Assembly (NCBI GenBank): GCA_951406725.2
Contig: OX597821.1
Location: forward strand, 65,472,001 to 65,536,000
DNA length: 64,000 bases
Reading direction: 5' to 3'
From: Octopus vulgaris
Taxonomy: Eukaryota
Positions 27,638 through 40,476 of this stretch are shown here, one piece after another. The stretch's first letter is position 1. Each line of letters begins with the position of its first letter. The position numbers and the translations under genes were made by a program. Below the pieces are notes generated by a model. That model did not search any database, had not been told where the DNA came from, and saw only the letters and a program-made list of their open reading frames with translations.

Positions 27638-28140
27638 CTATGTATGTAGGTATTTATGCGGTGTGATGGAGCCTGATTACACTCATATGCACACAGTCAC
27701 GTCGCCACAGACTAAAACCTATTCACGTACATCTTGACGTGAAACCACAGAGATTGTTAATCCTCGGAGAAGAGAACGCCCTTAAGTAAACAAACATAGA
27801 GACAACACATCAATGGGGTTTTTATTTTTCTGGTTAAAAAAAAACAAAACAGAAACATAAAGCAAACGAATACGATGAAGATCTTCAACACACCACGCTC
27901 ACACCCGCATACACACACACGCATACATACACATGCGCGCGTGCACATGCACCTGAATATATGTGGAGATACATGTTACTTGCACAGACGTATAAATATA
28001 CAATGTACTCTAAAATAAATAGACGTGCACATACACACACACACACGTGTGTGTATATAGTCTTATACATGCTCATGTCCACACAGAATTTGAGATTTAT
28101 TTGTTCAGTAAAATAAAGTTATATACCAATATATATACCA

Positions 28141-28186
<46 letters not shown>

Positions 28187-28307
28187 ATATATATACATAT
28201 ATGTATATATGTGTATATATATATATATATGTATGTATGTATGTATACATACATATATATATATATATTTATACATATATATACCTATATATATATATGT
28301 ATATATG

Positions 28308-28414
<107 letters not shown>

Positions 28415-28417
28415 ATA

Positions 28418-28450
28418 TACAGGGGTTGGACAAAATAATGGAAACACCTT
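28418..28450 (+). mobile_element. Isolated Tc1-like terminal inverted repeat end
   Basis: TA|CAGGGGTTGGACAAAATAATGGAAACACCT resembles Tc1 TIRs; no partner end seen. Confidence 0.45.
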
Positions 28451-28659
28451 TAAATTTCAAACAAATATATTTTAATATGGGGTAGGAGCACATATTTACA
28501 GAGATGAACAGGCGCAATTTATCCAATGTGTTCCTTACTTTTATTTAAGATGAATGAGTATTATTTGAAGATTTGTTTGCTGTTTCTAGCAGATCGAACA
28601 ACCACATTGATAAACTTTTCCCGATTTATTCAATATCAGTTCCTCCAGTACTTTCGACT

Positions 28660-28695
28660 ACCCAGGCGGCCCGAGTTCAATTCCCGGCATGGGAA
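28660..28695 (+). pseudogene. 3' half of a tRNA-Glu-like sequence (fragment)
   Basis: acccaggcggcccgagttcaattcccggcatgggaa matches the anticodon stem to acceptor stem of eukaryotic tRNA-Glu; 5' half absent. Confidence 0.65.
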
Positions 28696-28704
28696 CGTGT
28701 TCTA

Positions 28705-28999
28705 GGCGTAGGAGTGGCTGTGTGGTAAGTAGCTTGCTTACCAACCACATGGCCCCGGGTTCAGTCCCATTACGTGGCACCTTGGGCAAGTGTCTTCTAC
28801 TATAGCCTCAGGCCGACCAAAGCCTTGTGAGTGGATTTGGTAGACGGAAACTGAAAGCAGCCCATCGTATATATGTATATATTTATGTATGTATCTGTGT
28901 GCACATGTTTGTGTGATTGTGTTTGTCCCCCCCCAGCATCGCTTGTCAACCGATGCTGGTGTGTTTACGTGCCCGTAACTTAGCAGTTCGGCAAAAGAG
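28705..28999 (+). mobile_element. SINE family A, 3'-truncated
   Basis: ggcgtaggagtggctgtgtggtaagtagc...gttcggcaaaagag. Confidence 0.9.
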
Positions 29000-29089
29000 T
29001 AAAAGATTACATTGTGTAGATGCCAGTTTCCTCTACATACAAACGTGGAAGTGGCTTCCTTCATGCCGATTATAAATGTTGTAAGTCAC

Positions 29090-29365
29090 GGTGTTTTCAG
29101 CACCCCGCTCCGTTGGTGTCCATTTGGAAGTTGTTTTAGAATGGCATTGTTCTGGTTGCTGGAGTATCAAACATGCTAGGTTTAATATTGGTCCTATGAT
29201 GATTTCGTTATGCAGTCTTGTGTTGGCTCTCTTTAAAATATTTCCATTGGTGATGTTGTCTTGGCAGTACATTCTCAGCATTCTTCACAAGTATCTTTGC
29301 TGGAACGCATCCAACTTTCTGCCGATTTTCACGGTTCGTTTCCATGTCTTAGTGGCTTTAATATA
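29090..29365 (-). mobile_element. Old RTE-clade LINE C-terminal fragment
   Basis: TWK..RKLDAFQQRYL*RMLRMYCQDNITNGNILKRA..WTP. Confidence 0.6.
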
Positions 29366-29678
29366 ATTTTGAAATGATTGTGAAGACATATATCATTTAG
29401 TTTTAAAATATTCGATAAAATGTAAAATGCTGGTGAATTCAAATTTTGGGTTTGAATTAGCTAAATAATGTAAACATTATCAATATTACATATTTAATGT
29501 ATCTGTGTTAGCAAACGCTACAAGGCTGCGATGTTCCGTCAAAGACGTATCGTGTTATAAAAAAAACCCCAAATAACGCCGTGTATCCCGAAGCAAGGTT
29601 AAACGAAATCGGTAAGGAAGTGAAGGAGAGTGACAATATCGATATATCGCCGTCATTTCTGTTCCTCGGTGTCACATA

Positions 29679-30170
29679 CTGTAAATCCTCGAGTATAATC
29701 CGCATTTTTTCCTCAAAATTTAAAGGTGAAAAACCCTTAGTGCGTATTATACACGAGGTTAAAAATGAAAAATATTTTCTAAGCAATGCTGTCCGGCAAT
29801 GTTTATTCAGACGCATTTTGTGATGTCGGGCGCGAAAATACCTTAAGCTAAGCCTGAAAGCAATGAAGTCATAAAAGAATCATCCATAACATGCAGTAAG
29901 CAATATTTATTAAAGGTTATTACTGTTATTTCTTTATTTTCTGCATACAAAATGCACAAAAAAGCTACACGTTAGCATTATGTTATATATACAATAATAA
30001 TAAAGGATGTTACCGTATACATTTTCACAAAGCAAGGCCGTTATATCGACTTCCATGACTCAAGTTAGAGAAGGAGTGCGTATTATACACAAGGTTTAGG
30101 TATTTCAGAGGTACAGCCTCCTAAAATTTCCCTGCGTATTATACTCAAGACTATACTCGAGAATTTACTG
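29679..30170. mobile_element. pogo-type non-autonomous DNA transposon (MITE) with TA TSD
   Basis: TA|ctgtaaatcctcgagtataatc ... gactatactcgagaatttactg|TA; three internal tgcgtattatac repeats. Confidence 0.8.
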
Positions 30171-30434
30171 TACTACTCTACCTCCGAAACGACAGATAAC
30201 GATGTCTGTCGCTCTCGTACACCTCCGAGGCTATTTCATTTCGTCTACTTTTGAGGTATGTTTGTACGACTAAATGTCCTCAAGGCAGTGCCACTGAATG
30301 GACATAGTCCCAAGACTGAAACAAGAAAACGATAAAACAGAAAAGAAGATACATAACAGCTCAGGCGACAACGTAGAAACCTTCATGTTGGTTTGCTAGC
30401 TGTTCAGTAGTATGTATATGTATGTATTTACGTA

Positions 30435-30503
<69 letters not shown>

Positions 30504-30545
30504 GTCTGTCTGTCTGTCCATCTATCTATCTATCTATCTATCTAT

Positions 30546-30689
30546 TTTTCTTTTTTTTTGTTCTGTTTTCCCTTTTACGATCCCTTTTGATCGAAAACCT
30601 ACGCCACCTTTTTTTTCTCCCCCAAAAGAAAAGCTCTACCTTGTAACTTGTCCCATCTGTGTGCAGCCCTGTGTGGCCAATAAAGAAAC
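30546..30689 (+). mobile_element. 3' end of a Tx1-clade LINE within (TATC)n
   Basis: Matches the reverse complement of 34064-34230; ends aataaagaaac|ttatctatc. Confidence 0.85.
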
Positions 30690-30699
30690 TTATCTATCT

Positions 30700-31055
30700 A
30701 TGGCCCAGTGGTTAGGATAGCGGACTCGCAGTCATAGGATCGCGGTTTCTATTCCAAGACCGGGTGTTGTGAGTGTTTATTGGGCGAAAACACCTAAAGC
30801 TCCTCGAGGGACCGGCAGTGGATGGTGTCGAACCCTGCTGTACTCTTTCACCACTCTTATTTCCTGTTTCTGTTGTGCCTGTAATTCAAAGGGCCAGCCT
30901 TGTCACACCCTGTGTCACACTGAATATCCCCGAGAACTACATTAAGGGTACAAGTGACTGCGGAGTGCTCAGCCACTTGCTCGTTAATTTCACAAGCAGG
31001 CTGTTCCATTGATCTGATCAACTGGAACCCTCGTCGTCGTTAGCGACTGAGTACC
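30700..31055 (+). mobile_element. tRNA-headed SINE with family D tail
   Basis: tggcccagtggttagg head; tail shared with the 23135 copy. Confidence 0.75.
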
Positions 31056-31211
31056 AACCTATATACATATATATATATAAGATCAGCATCAATTTAGATT
31101 CAAATGAACTTGGTACTTAATTTTGATGCACCAGAATTTTGTATGGTGTTACCCATAAAAAATTGCGGGGTGATTATAATAAAAAATAAGCAACAAGAAT
31201 GACTCCGGTGA

Positions 31212-31299
31212 TTTGGTACAATTGTTTCGCACTACAACATTTTATTAAAAGCTGTAAGTATTACAGCAGATTTAAGATGCTGAGTGCTCTTCAGCCAAT
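31212..31299 (-). ncRNA. Hammerhead ribozyme motif (inverted pLTR copy)
   Basis: Reverse complement of 32340-32425. Confidence 0.75.
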
Positions 31300-31362
31300 T
31301 ATATAGGTTTTCCAATAATATAAAAGATTTCAAATCAAGTAGTAACATTTTAGAGAGAAGGT

Positions 31363-31743
31363 TGTTCTGTCCAAAACGTTATTTATAAATGCACGATAAT
31401 AACTTCTAACAATAGCTTTCTTTATCTCGGATGTTCGGTGGATTTTAAAATACGACTTAACAATCATTTTTCCTCTTTTAGACTAAAACATAAGGCAGGT
31501 TGCACTACATTATCTAGCAAAATTTGGGAACTAAAAACAAATAATATAGGATTCAACCTAAAATGGGATATAGTTAGAAGGACAAAACCTTATAGAAATA
31601 GTAGGGAAGGTTGTCAACTTTGTTCTGTGGAAACTTATGAAATTTTAAAGCATCGAAGTAATAAAAATCTGTTGAATAATCGTCTGGAGTTGGGATAATC
31701 TTGCATACATTCCACAACTCGAACGTTTAAATACTTTGAATAA
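31363..31743 (+). pseudogene. PLE GIY-YIG endonuclease fragment (Naiad-like cysteine arrangement)
   Basis: CSVQNVIYKC..YLGCSVDFKIRLNNHFSSF..TTLSSKIWELK..KWDI..CQLCSVE..LLNNRLELG*SCIH. Confidence 0.85.
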
Positions 31744-32339
31744 AAATTATGAATATTCCTATATTTTTCAAAATTTAACTTTTTAATATAATAATAATAA
31801 GAAATATACTATACTAGCCTTTAAATTAACTTTCATAGATTACTAGAATAACTTCACTATAATCTTGAAATTGGAACTTTTCCTAAATCTAATCTAGTTT
31901 TAAAATTTAAAGCTGTTCCCCAGTTATAAAATACCATGCCTACTAAAAATAAGTGATAGTTTTTTGGGTTTTTTTTCCCCTACTCTCTGTAAAAGAAATT
32001 AATGACCTTTTGACACTGACCTAGTTTCTTCTCACCACATAGGATTAATTGGCTTTTTGTTAGTGGCAACTTGAATTTCTTTATGGTATTCTGAAACCTT
32101 CCTTACCCTCATTTCTACAACCAACTTGAATTCCTTTTATGGTATTCTGAAGCCTCCCTTACCCTCATTCCTAAAACTAAAAAAAAAAATTCTTATAGCA
32201 GTCAGATACAACCAGAGTTTTGGTCAGTTAGCAACTGAACTCCACAACCTCATATGTTCTTAAAATTTAAATCTACATCTTTATCTAAAATGTTACTACT
32301 TGATTAGAAATCTTTTATATTATTGGAAAACCTATATAA

Positions 32340-32425
32340 TTGGCTGAAGAGCACTCAGCATCTTAAATCTGCTGTAATACTTACAGCTCTTAATAAAATG
32401 TTGTAGTGCGAAACAATTGTACCAA
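32340..32425 (+). ncRNA. Type I hammerhead ribozyme with extended, branched stem II
   Basis: UUGG-CUGAAGA-GCACUCAGCAU...AUGUUGUAGUGC-GAA-ACAAUUGU-A-CCAA; GUA cleavage triplet ends at 32421. Confidence 0.8.
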
Positions 32426-32457
32426 ATCACCGGAGTCATTCTTGTTGCTTATTTTTG

Positions 32458-32505
<48 letters not shown>

Positions 32506-32832
32506 TAAATACATACATATATGACTCGCTAAAGGATGATTAGGAACCAATTGGTCCAGGAAACTAGATGGTAAATGTTTTTCATTTCCAAATTTATTCC
32601 TGTCGAATTTTGTCCCGAATTTTTTTTGTGGTCATAGAACTTAGCTGTTCTTTCTAATGCGTTAGAATCCCTATAAGTGGATTCTCTATGTGTTTAAATA
32701 TACACTATATCGTATGACTAATATATAGTCTTTTTGGCTAAAATTTTTTTACGCGTTAGACCACTGGAGATGTAAATTTTAATTGAATGTTTTTAATTTT
32801 AATTAAATTCCATTTCCCTTTGATATGATTAA

Positions 32833-32865
<33 letters not shown>

Positions 32866-32894
32866 CACACAAATACATATATATATATATTTTT

Positions 32895-33637
32895 TTTAGT
32901 TTTAGGAATGAGGGTAAGGGAGGCTTCAGAATACCATAAAAGGAATTCAAGTTGGTTGTAGAAATGAGGGTAAGGAAGGTTTCAGAATACCATAAAGAAA
33001 TTCAAGTTGTCACTAACAAAAAGCCAATTAATCCTATGTGGTGAGAAGAAACTAGGTCAGTGTCAAAAGGTCATTAATTTCTTTTACAGAGAGTAGGGAA
33101 AAAACCCAAAAGAAACTATCACTTATTTTTAGTAGGCATAGTATTTTATAACTGGGGAACAGCTTTAAATTTTAAAACTAAATTAGATTTAGGAAAAGTT
33201 CCAATTTCAAGATTATAGTGAAGTTATTCTAGTAATCTATGAAAGTTAATTTAAAGGCTAGTATAGTATATTTCTTAATATTATTATAATAAAAAGTTAA
33301 AATTTGAAAAATATAGGAATATTCATAATTTTTATTTAAAGTATTTAAACGTTCGAGTTGTGGAATGTATGCAAGATTATCCCAACTCCAGACGATTATT
33401 CAACAGATTTTTATTACTTCGATGCTTTAAAATTTCATAAGTTTCCACAGAACAAAGTTGACAACCTTCTCTACTATTTCTATAAGGTTTTGCCCTTCTA
33501 ACTATATCCCATTTTAGGTTGAATCCTATATCATTTGTTTTTAGTTCCCAAATTTTGCTAGATAATGTAGTGCAACCTGCCTTATGTTTTAGTCTAAAAG
33601 AGGAAAAATGATTGTTAAGACGTTTTTTAAAATCCAC
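32895..33637 (-). mobile_element. Second PLE GIY-YIG/3'UTR fragment, inverted relative to 31438-32180
   Basis: ORF 33637-33377 is almost identical to 31438-31698. Confidence 0.9.
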
Positions 33638-34063
33638 AGCGTTCGGCTGTTTTATTCATAAGAAAATTTCCATTATCTATTTGAAATTTATCTTCTCCAG
33701 CGACAGTCAAGATTGTTCCCGAGAAATACTTCGATGACAAAACTTTTCAACGTTTTCTGTATTTTAATGTCGGATAGTTTGAAGGAAATGTCAAAATGCA
33801 TGTATCTGTGAATGTATGTATGTGTGCGTGTGTATGGTGTATTCTGTGTGCATGCATGTAGATGTGTGTCTATTTTTATTTGTACATATTCCTCTGTGTA
33901 TGCTTGGGTATGTATGTATATATGTATGTGTATATATATTTACATACACGCACACACAAACACAAACAGACCCACACAGAGTCAAATAGACACACAGATG
34001 CTCACAGAGTGATAGATAGATAGATAAATAAATAAATAGATAGATAGATAGATAGATAGATAA

Positions 34064-35052
34064 GTTTCTTTATTGGCCACACAGGGCTGCACACAGATGG
34101 GACAAGTTACAAGGTAGAGCTTTTCTTTTGGGGGATGAAAAAGACAAAAAACAAAAGAAACAAAAAAAGGGGTGGCGTAGGTTTCGATCAAGAGGGATCG
34201 TAAAAGGGAAGAAAAGAACAAAAAAAAAAATAAATTAAAAAAAATAAAGAAAATAAAGAAAAGGAAAAGGAACAAAAGAAAAGAGAAATGAAAAAAAGAA
34301 GAAAAAAGGGGGGAAAAGGGGGAAGAGGAAAAAAAACGATCAATAGGGATCGTGTATCACAGTGTTATGATATATGGTGTAAAGGGGAAAGCAAGTAATG
34401 TTTATCCGTGGGAAGAAAAGCCTACGAAAAAGACCACGGTAACCTTGGTCAATATTGTTATATGTTACCACATTTGTTTGCAAGTGGGTAACCCTCTGTT
34501 TTCAATTTCTGGGTTCATAGGATTATGCTCAAGGTGGCTTCGTCATTCATACGTGCTATCCTTGGTACATTCACCCATCTTTTTTTAAAACATTCGCTAG
34601 ACAAAACTTGCCTCTCTACTCTCACTTTCCTTTTCAAGTGGTACTTGAAGAAGTTGATGAGTGATTGACCAGAGAGGAAAGTGTTTGTCTCCAATCCTTT
34701 CAGACGCGTCCACCAGATACGTTCTTTCGCCATAGCCACAAGGATGATGAAAATAGCTCTTCCTTCCCGTTTGAAGGAAGGAGGCGTGACAATATTGACG
34801 ATAGACTCAACTAATAAACCGACTCGTCCCACACGTGACAGCAGTTGTTCGACATAAGCCCACAGGTCGGAAATTGTTGGACACTATACGAGTGCGTGCA
34901 GAACGGTTTCGTCGCTCTGACCGCATCTCGGGCAGGTCGGCCCCGTGTTTCTCGAGCCGTGTCTGTAGAGCTTATCCCGAACGGGTAGCGCTTCTCGGTA
35001 GCACTGCCAGGCCAGGGATCTCTGGAAGTTGTCCATGGGCCCTGGCCCGAAA
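34064..35052 (-). mobile_element. 5'-truncated Tx1-clade (L1 group) LINE in (GATA)n
   Basis: WQCYREALPVRDKL..CPRCGQSDETVLHALV*CP..IWWTR C-terminal zinc-knuckle region, T-rich 3'UTR with AATAAA; (GATA)n on both flanks. Confidence 0.85.
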
Positions 35053-35073
35053 AGATAGATAGATAGATCGATC

Positions 35074-35130
<57 letters not shown>

Positions 35131-35324
35131 TTCGATCGATCGATGGATAGATAGTCAGATCGATCGATCAATAGAGAGATAGATAGAATGTATGTAGGTG
35201 TTTGTGTATGTATGTTTGGCCATGAGCGTGTCTGTGTGCACGTTTGTGAACTTCTGTAATTATATGCGTATGCGACTGCAAGTATATGTGTGTGTATATA
35301 TATATGTGTGTGTGTACGGGCGTT

Positions 35325-35368
<44 letters not shown>

Positions 35369-36774
35369 CGTGTGTCTGTGTTGTATGTGTATGGAAGGCG
35401 TGTATACGAGTGTGTTTGTATGCTTCACTCGAATGAGAAACAATCAGTTCTTGTTTAAGACGCAATCTTCATCATACATCATAAAATCGGCAACAGTTTC
35501 CACCCTCCTCACCCTTTAATACACACATACACATCACCACGGCGACGACGACCACCACCACTATCACCATCAACAACACCAACACTAACACCCACACCAC
35601 GACCACTACAACCACCACGTCTCCTTCTACATCTACATAAGCATGTAAAGACAATCCGAACATAAATTCATCACAGTTTTACAGAATGTTATAAATATCG
35701 TATTAACTCACCAAACCTCATTTATTATTACTTAATGTTATTCTTAATAATATATTACCAGATGACTCTAACAGAGATAAATGCAGTCGATAACTAGCGG
35801 AAACTTATGTTTAAGATACGTTTACATCTAATGTTGTAGAAAATACAGAGAATACAATGATTGAAATAAAATTAAAACATAAATCTCAATAGGAAGCCAC
35901 GATTCATTTCTTCGTTTTGATGTGATTCAAGCAACATATTTCGACTACGACGCTGCTTCTGTATTCATAGATTATCGCTTAGCTCGTGAGTATGTGTATG
36001 TGTATGTATGTGTGTGTGAGAGAGAGAGAGGAGGAGGAGAGCTAATGAAGCCATATTTTCTTTTTTAATTTCGTAATATTAAAGAGATTGTTAATTATAT
36101 ATAATTTGAGATGTTAGCTCAGAGTTTCGTTTTATCTCGGATCTAATTAACCCGAAGGGATTGCAAACGAAGCTGTCATAATATGCTGGAATTTATTTCA
36201 GCTTCCACAATATTAAACTCGTTGAGATATATTGTCATTTGGGCACAGCACAACATTGTGTTCTGCTATAAGACAATAAGCTCTGGTCTGCAGCCCAAAG
36301 AAACTGTTTCCTGCCTTAAAGGAACCTCGATGTCTAAATTCTTTAGTACCGTTATCTTTCCAGCATTTATTTTACCGACGTATTTTCAATTAATCATTCA
36401 TGTTTTTGTCACATCACGCAGATAATGATATATAACAGTTTCATATTTTGGTATAGAAACAGCAATTTTTAAGAGGTAGAGTTTCAGACGATTACATCGA
36501 CATCCCAGTGCTCAAATGATACTTAATTTAATATTCTCGAAAGGATGGAAGGCCAAGTCGACTTCGGCGAAATTTTGAGCTTTGGACGTAAAGAGGTAGA
36601 AGTAATACTGTTAAGCCGTTTGTCGGACACTCCAGCGTTTCTGCCAGCTTGCAACACTGGTAATGGTATAATATCGACTTTCTGATGATTTTGCTGCCAA
36701 TTGCCCGGACCATTTTCTTGTATATATAATGTAATTCTGCTGTGAAAACTGCAAAGATCAAGACAGTGGCACTA

Positions 36775-38432
36775 ACTTTTTATTTCCTGCTTTTAACCCT
36801 CCAACGCGGAGTAAAGGCCACTTCCATGTCGCATAATTTTTCTGTACTTATACTCTGCCATGAATATCCCCTTTTCTCTAATTCCTTTTGTGTTGATCTA
36901 CGCCAAGAGTTCTTAGGCCTACCTTTCTTTCTATATCCATCCGGATTCCACTGTAAAGCACTTTTCACACATTTGGTGTGTCTTTTCTAATTGTGCTACC
37001 AATCCACTTCCATTTTTACTTAAATATTTGCTCCCTAATCGAAACTTAGTTAGTTAGTTAGTTAATTTGGCTCAAAAGCAAATAGCAAGGCCATGTAGGG
37101 GGACATGGAGTTAAGTACAGGGTGGTGTTCATGTAAAGAGTTCAGGCCACTTGAGGTCCAGGGAGGCTTTGAACAAAGCGGTCGTCGGCATCTTCACCAT
37201 CTCGTCTGGCAGCTTGTTCCACGGATCCGCAACCCGGACGGAGAAAGCTCCTCTCCTTCGATTGAGATGAAATCGTCGCAGGTAGAGCTTTTCGGAATGA
37301 CCCCGCAGCCGACGCTCTGGAGCAGGAGTGAAGAACAGCTCTTTCGAGAGGTTACAACTTTCCGCTTATGATGTTATGGGCGAGAATGAGATCACCACGG
37401 CGGCGGCGTTTTTCAAGAGAATAAAGGTCGAGCGTCCTCAGTTCTTTGCCATAGCTCCATATTGCTTATGTGTTCGGGCCATCTAATTTTAAGTATACTA
37501 CTCAAGCATCTGTTGATGAATTATTGTATTTGCTTATTTTACTTAACTGTTGTTCGCCATGTCTCAGCCCCATATAATAACACCGCTTTTACGTTAGTAT
37601 TAAACATTCTTATTGTGTTCTTTATTGAAATTACACTTGTGCCCCATACGTTTTTAACAGGTGAAAAGCGGTACTTATTCTCGTCTTAATATCTTCGTCG
37701 GTGCCGCCTGAAAACGTTATCTTACTACATAAATACGTAAACTCGGCTACATCCTCTAGTTCACCGGTTTCTAGTTTAATACGTTCGCTGTTTTCTTTAT
37801 TAACGCGCATAATTTTTGATTTGTCGCCGTTGACTTTCAATCCTAGTTTGGCAGCTATTGCTTCTAATTTTGACGGTTTATTTTGCATTTGGCTATATGT
37901 TTGTGAAAGTAGCACTATATCATCTGCAAAATCGAGATCTTCTAGAGCTTCTGCATCCGTCCGTTCAATGCCTGTTTGGCTTTCATTCGTAGTTTCCTTC
38001 ATAATCCAATCTATAACTAGTAGAAACAAAAAGGGAGAAAGTATACAGCCCTGTCGAACTCCTGTTTTTACTTCGAATTTATCCGTAGCTCCGTTTCAAT
38101 GCAAGACTCAGCATGGCATTCCTTGGTAAGTTGCTCTTATTATAGGTATGTACTTGTCTAGTATGCATTAGTGCTGCATAATTTTCCATAAGCCTTCGCT
38201 ATCTACACTATCGAATGCTTTTTCGAAATCTATAAAGTTAATATAAAGCGGTGCATTCCACTCTGCGCTTTGCTCTAAGATGATTCGAAGAGTGGCGATT
38301 TGATCTACACATGAACGGTTCTTCCTAAATACGGCTTGTTCTTTACGCAACAATTTGACACCTGCTGTCCTCATCCGATCTAAAAGTATCCTGTTAAAAA
38401 CTTTTCCGGGAGTCGATAATAGCATAATCCCT
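36775..38432 (-). mobile_element. RTE-clade LINE ORF2 (RT) fragment, decayed and interrupted by CR1
   Basis: RGIMLLSTPGKVF..DQIATLRIILEQ..FIDFEKAFDSV..GVRQGCILSP..DLDFADDIVLL..WNPDGYRKKGRPKNSW. Confidence 0.92.
37046..37441 (-). mobile_element. CR1-clade LINE 3' end with (CTAA)n tail, nested in the RTE
   Basis: LYSLEKRRRRGDLILAHNI..RGHSEKL..FSVRVADPWNKLP..FKASLD; host RTE reading resumes on the other side. Confidence 0.88.
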
Positions 38433-39814
38433 CTAAAAGTAAAACCCGTTAATATTTCATGAATATGAACGAGCTGAAAGGAATATTAAAGCGTCAGAAG
38501 AAAAAAAAAAGCGCTTTGCACAATTTTTTCCGGTCATTTCCGTTCTGAGTTCAAATCTCACCAAATCATCTTTGCCTTTCATCGCACCGGAGGTTCTGAA
38601 AATATTGTGCCAGTCAAGTACTGGGGCGTTAATATCATCCAATGTTTACTCTCAAATTTGCTGCCCTAGGCATAAATCACAAAACCTATTTTATAAATAA
38701 TACACTGAGAATTAAATTACTTTAAATCCTACAAAATTACGCAGGAATATTATGAAATGAGGTGCAAAATATCTAAAACTAGGCCCTTTTCAACAAACCT
38801 CAACACAAATAGAAACACGATACATGATATATCTGCCAACTTGTTAAAGTAAAAGAAATCTTAGACGATATGGCAAGCAAGTTGTCACTGATCTTAACTT
38901 AATTAACAGATTGAAATAGTATACACTAACAGCTTCCAGCGTTTCTTTGACCTTGTCACTCTATCTCCCTTTATTTGAGATACGTGACCCCGTTATTGAC
39001 ATTTTTAGTCATTTATGCTTAGCACAAACCCTGCTGAGGTTAATTTTACATATCATTTTTGGGGGTTGTTTAAAAGCACCAACAAAGGGTAGTGGGTTGG
39101 CGGTAAAAAAAGAACCTGAGACCGGTATTTGTTACGGTTGTTTGCGTTCTGAGTTCAAATCCTATCACATGCTTTGTAGACTTAATCTGTTTAACACCAC
39201 CACCATCTGGTTCTTTTAGTGCCTTTTGCAGAGTCTCCCGACATGACTTCAATTATAAGATGGGACCATTTCATTACTGTAATGATCTTTGTGAATGAGA
39301 TGGACGATGGACGTCAGAAAGTACCTGGAATGACGCCTCATTATTTTAAACAATGGAAAATAAAAACAGTGGATATTCAAATTCCGCCGAGGACAACTTT
39401 CATCCTTAAAATAAGTACCAGTCGAACACGGGTCGATGTAATCGACTATCCCCCTCCCCACTAAATACTGGCCTGATGTCAAAATTTGAAACCAATATAT
39501 TTGTTGATATACCACGCATAGAAAAAACGTGGATGGTCATGGTTAGAACTCATATCATTATATGTCGGCTCATTTGGTCAGAATCGCAGTTGAACTGGAG
39601 GGGAAATGAAAACACGAATGGTTGAACTTTATCGTTGTTGGTCGACAGTATTAGAGAGATAGTATCTGAACCACCTCTGCGTTTCCTTGGCTGTGTCTAG
39701 AAGCAAGTGTCTAGTTTCTTCTCCATTCATAGATACGCCAGGAAGGACAAATCAATACGATCGCAGCATCCGTGGAGTCGAAAGTGATGTTAGGATATTA
39801 AAGATGAGGATATT

Positions 39815-40040
39815 GCTTATTTCCGAACCATATAGATTCAAGGAGCCAGTTCCCCGGTTTCCCAGTTTCCGTGGCTGATATATTCCCCACCTAGACGGAA
39901 CGCCGGCTCGTCGAAAGGTTACGCATTTTAGCCAGCTGGGTGGACTGGAGCAACGTGATATGAACGACACAACGCATCACCAGTTCAGAAATCGAAAGCA
40001 CAAACTTACGATCATGTGTCCAACATCCTAACCATTAAGC
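39815..40040 (-). mobile_element. Diverged tRNA-derived SINE
   Basis: ggcttaatggttagg head, gttgctccagtccacccagctgg body. Confidence 0.6.
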
Positions 40041-40112
40041 CTTCTCATGCAGTGGGTTTTGGAACGCTACTCCCGCGATAGTCGAGGGATTACTTGTATG
40101 TCATTCTTTTGT

Positions 40113-40476
40113 TTACAGATTAACTGTTGCTTTAAAGTCCTGACTTTCATCTTGGCTGGCTTTTGCCCATCTTAATGCGTATGATCTTATTTTATTTCGT
40201 GTTACTTTGTATCCATCCTGTCTCATTTCAAGTACCCACTTGCAAACATGATCTTCCAAATCTGGCCAACGAATGCTTCCTCTTCTCATTGCACATTTCA
40301 GTTTTGGCATGTTTCTTAAACTATCTTCATTCTTTCTCCAATCGCTTACCATCTTCTCGGTCATATCAAATGTTCTCGCTGCAGTACAGTTGTTAGATAC
40401 CTTGGCAACTTCAATAGCTTTCAGTTTAAAACTTGCTTCGTATTTTCTTCGGGCTTTTTTTTTTTTGCGGCTTCAT
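40113..40476 (-). pseudogene. pogo-family transposase N-terminus (Brinker-like DBD plus CENP-B HTH)
   Basis: RRKYEASFKLKAIEVA..NCTAARTF..VSDWRK..RWPDLEDHVCKWVLEMRQDGYKVTRNKIR..FKAT; frameshift in the poly-A after ATG; DDE domain missing. Confidence 0.85.

Larger units (their letters stand above)
31081..32460 (+). mobile_element. 5'-truncated Penelope-like element preceded by an inverted pLTR, flanked by (TA)n
   Basis: 31180-31355 is the reverse complement of 32283-32456; GIY-YIG ORF fragment lies between. Confidence 0.88.

Noticed and set aside
32525-32572. CUAAAGG..GAAACUAGAU degenerate hammerhead
   Set aside because: Two core mismatches and no convincing stem I; unsupported from a single copy.
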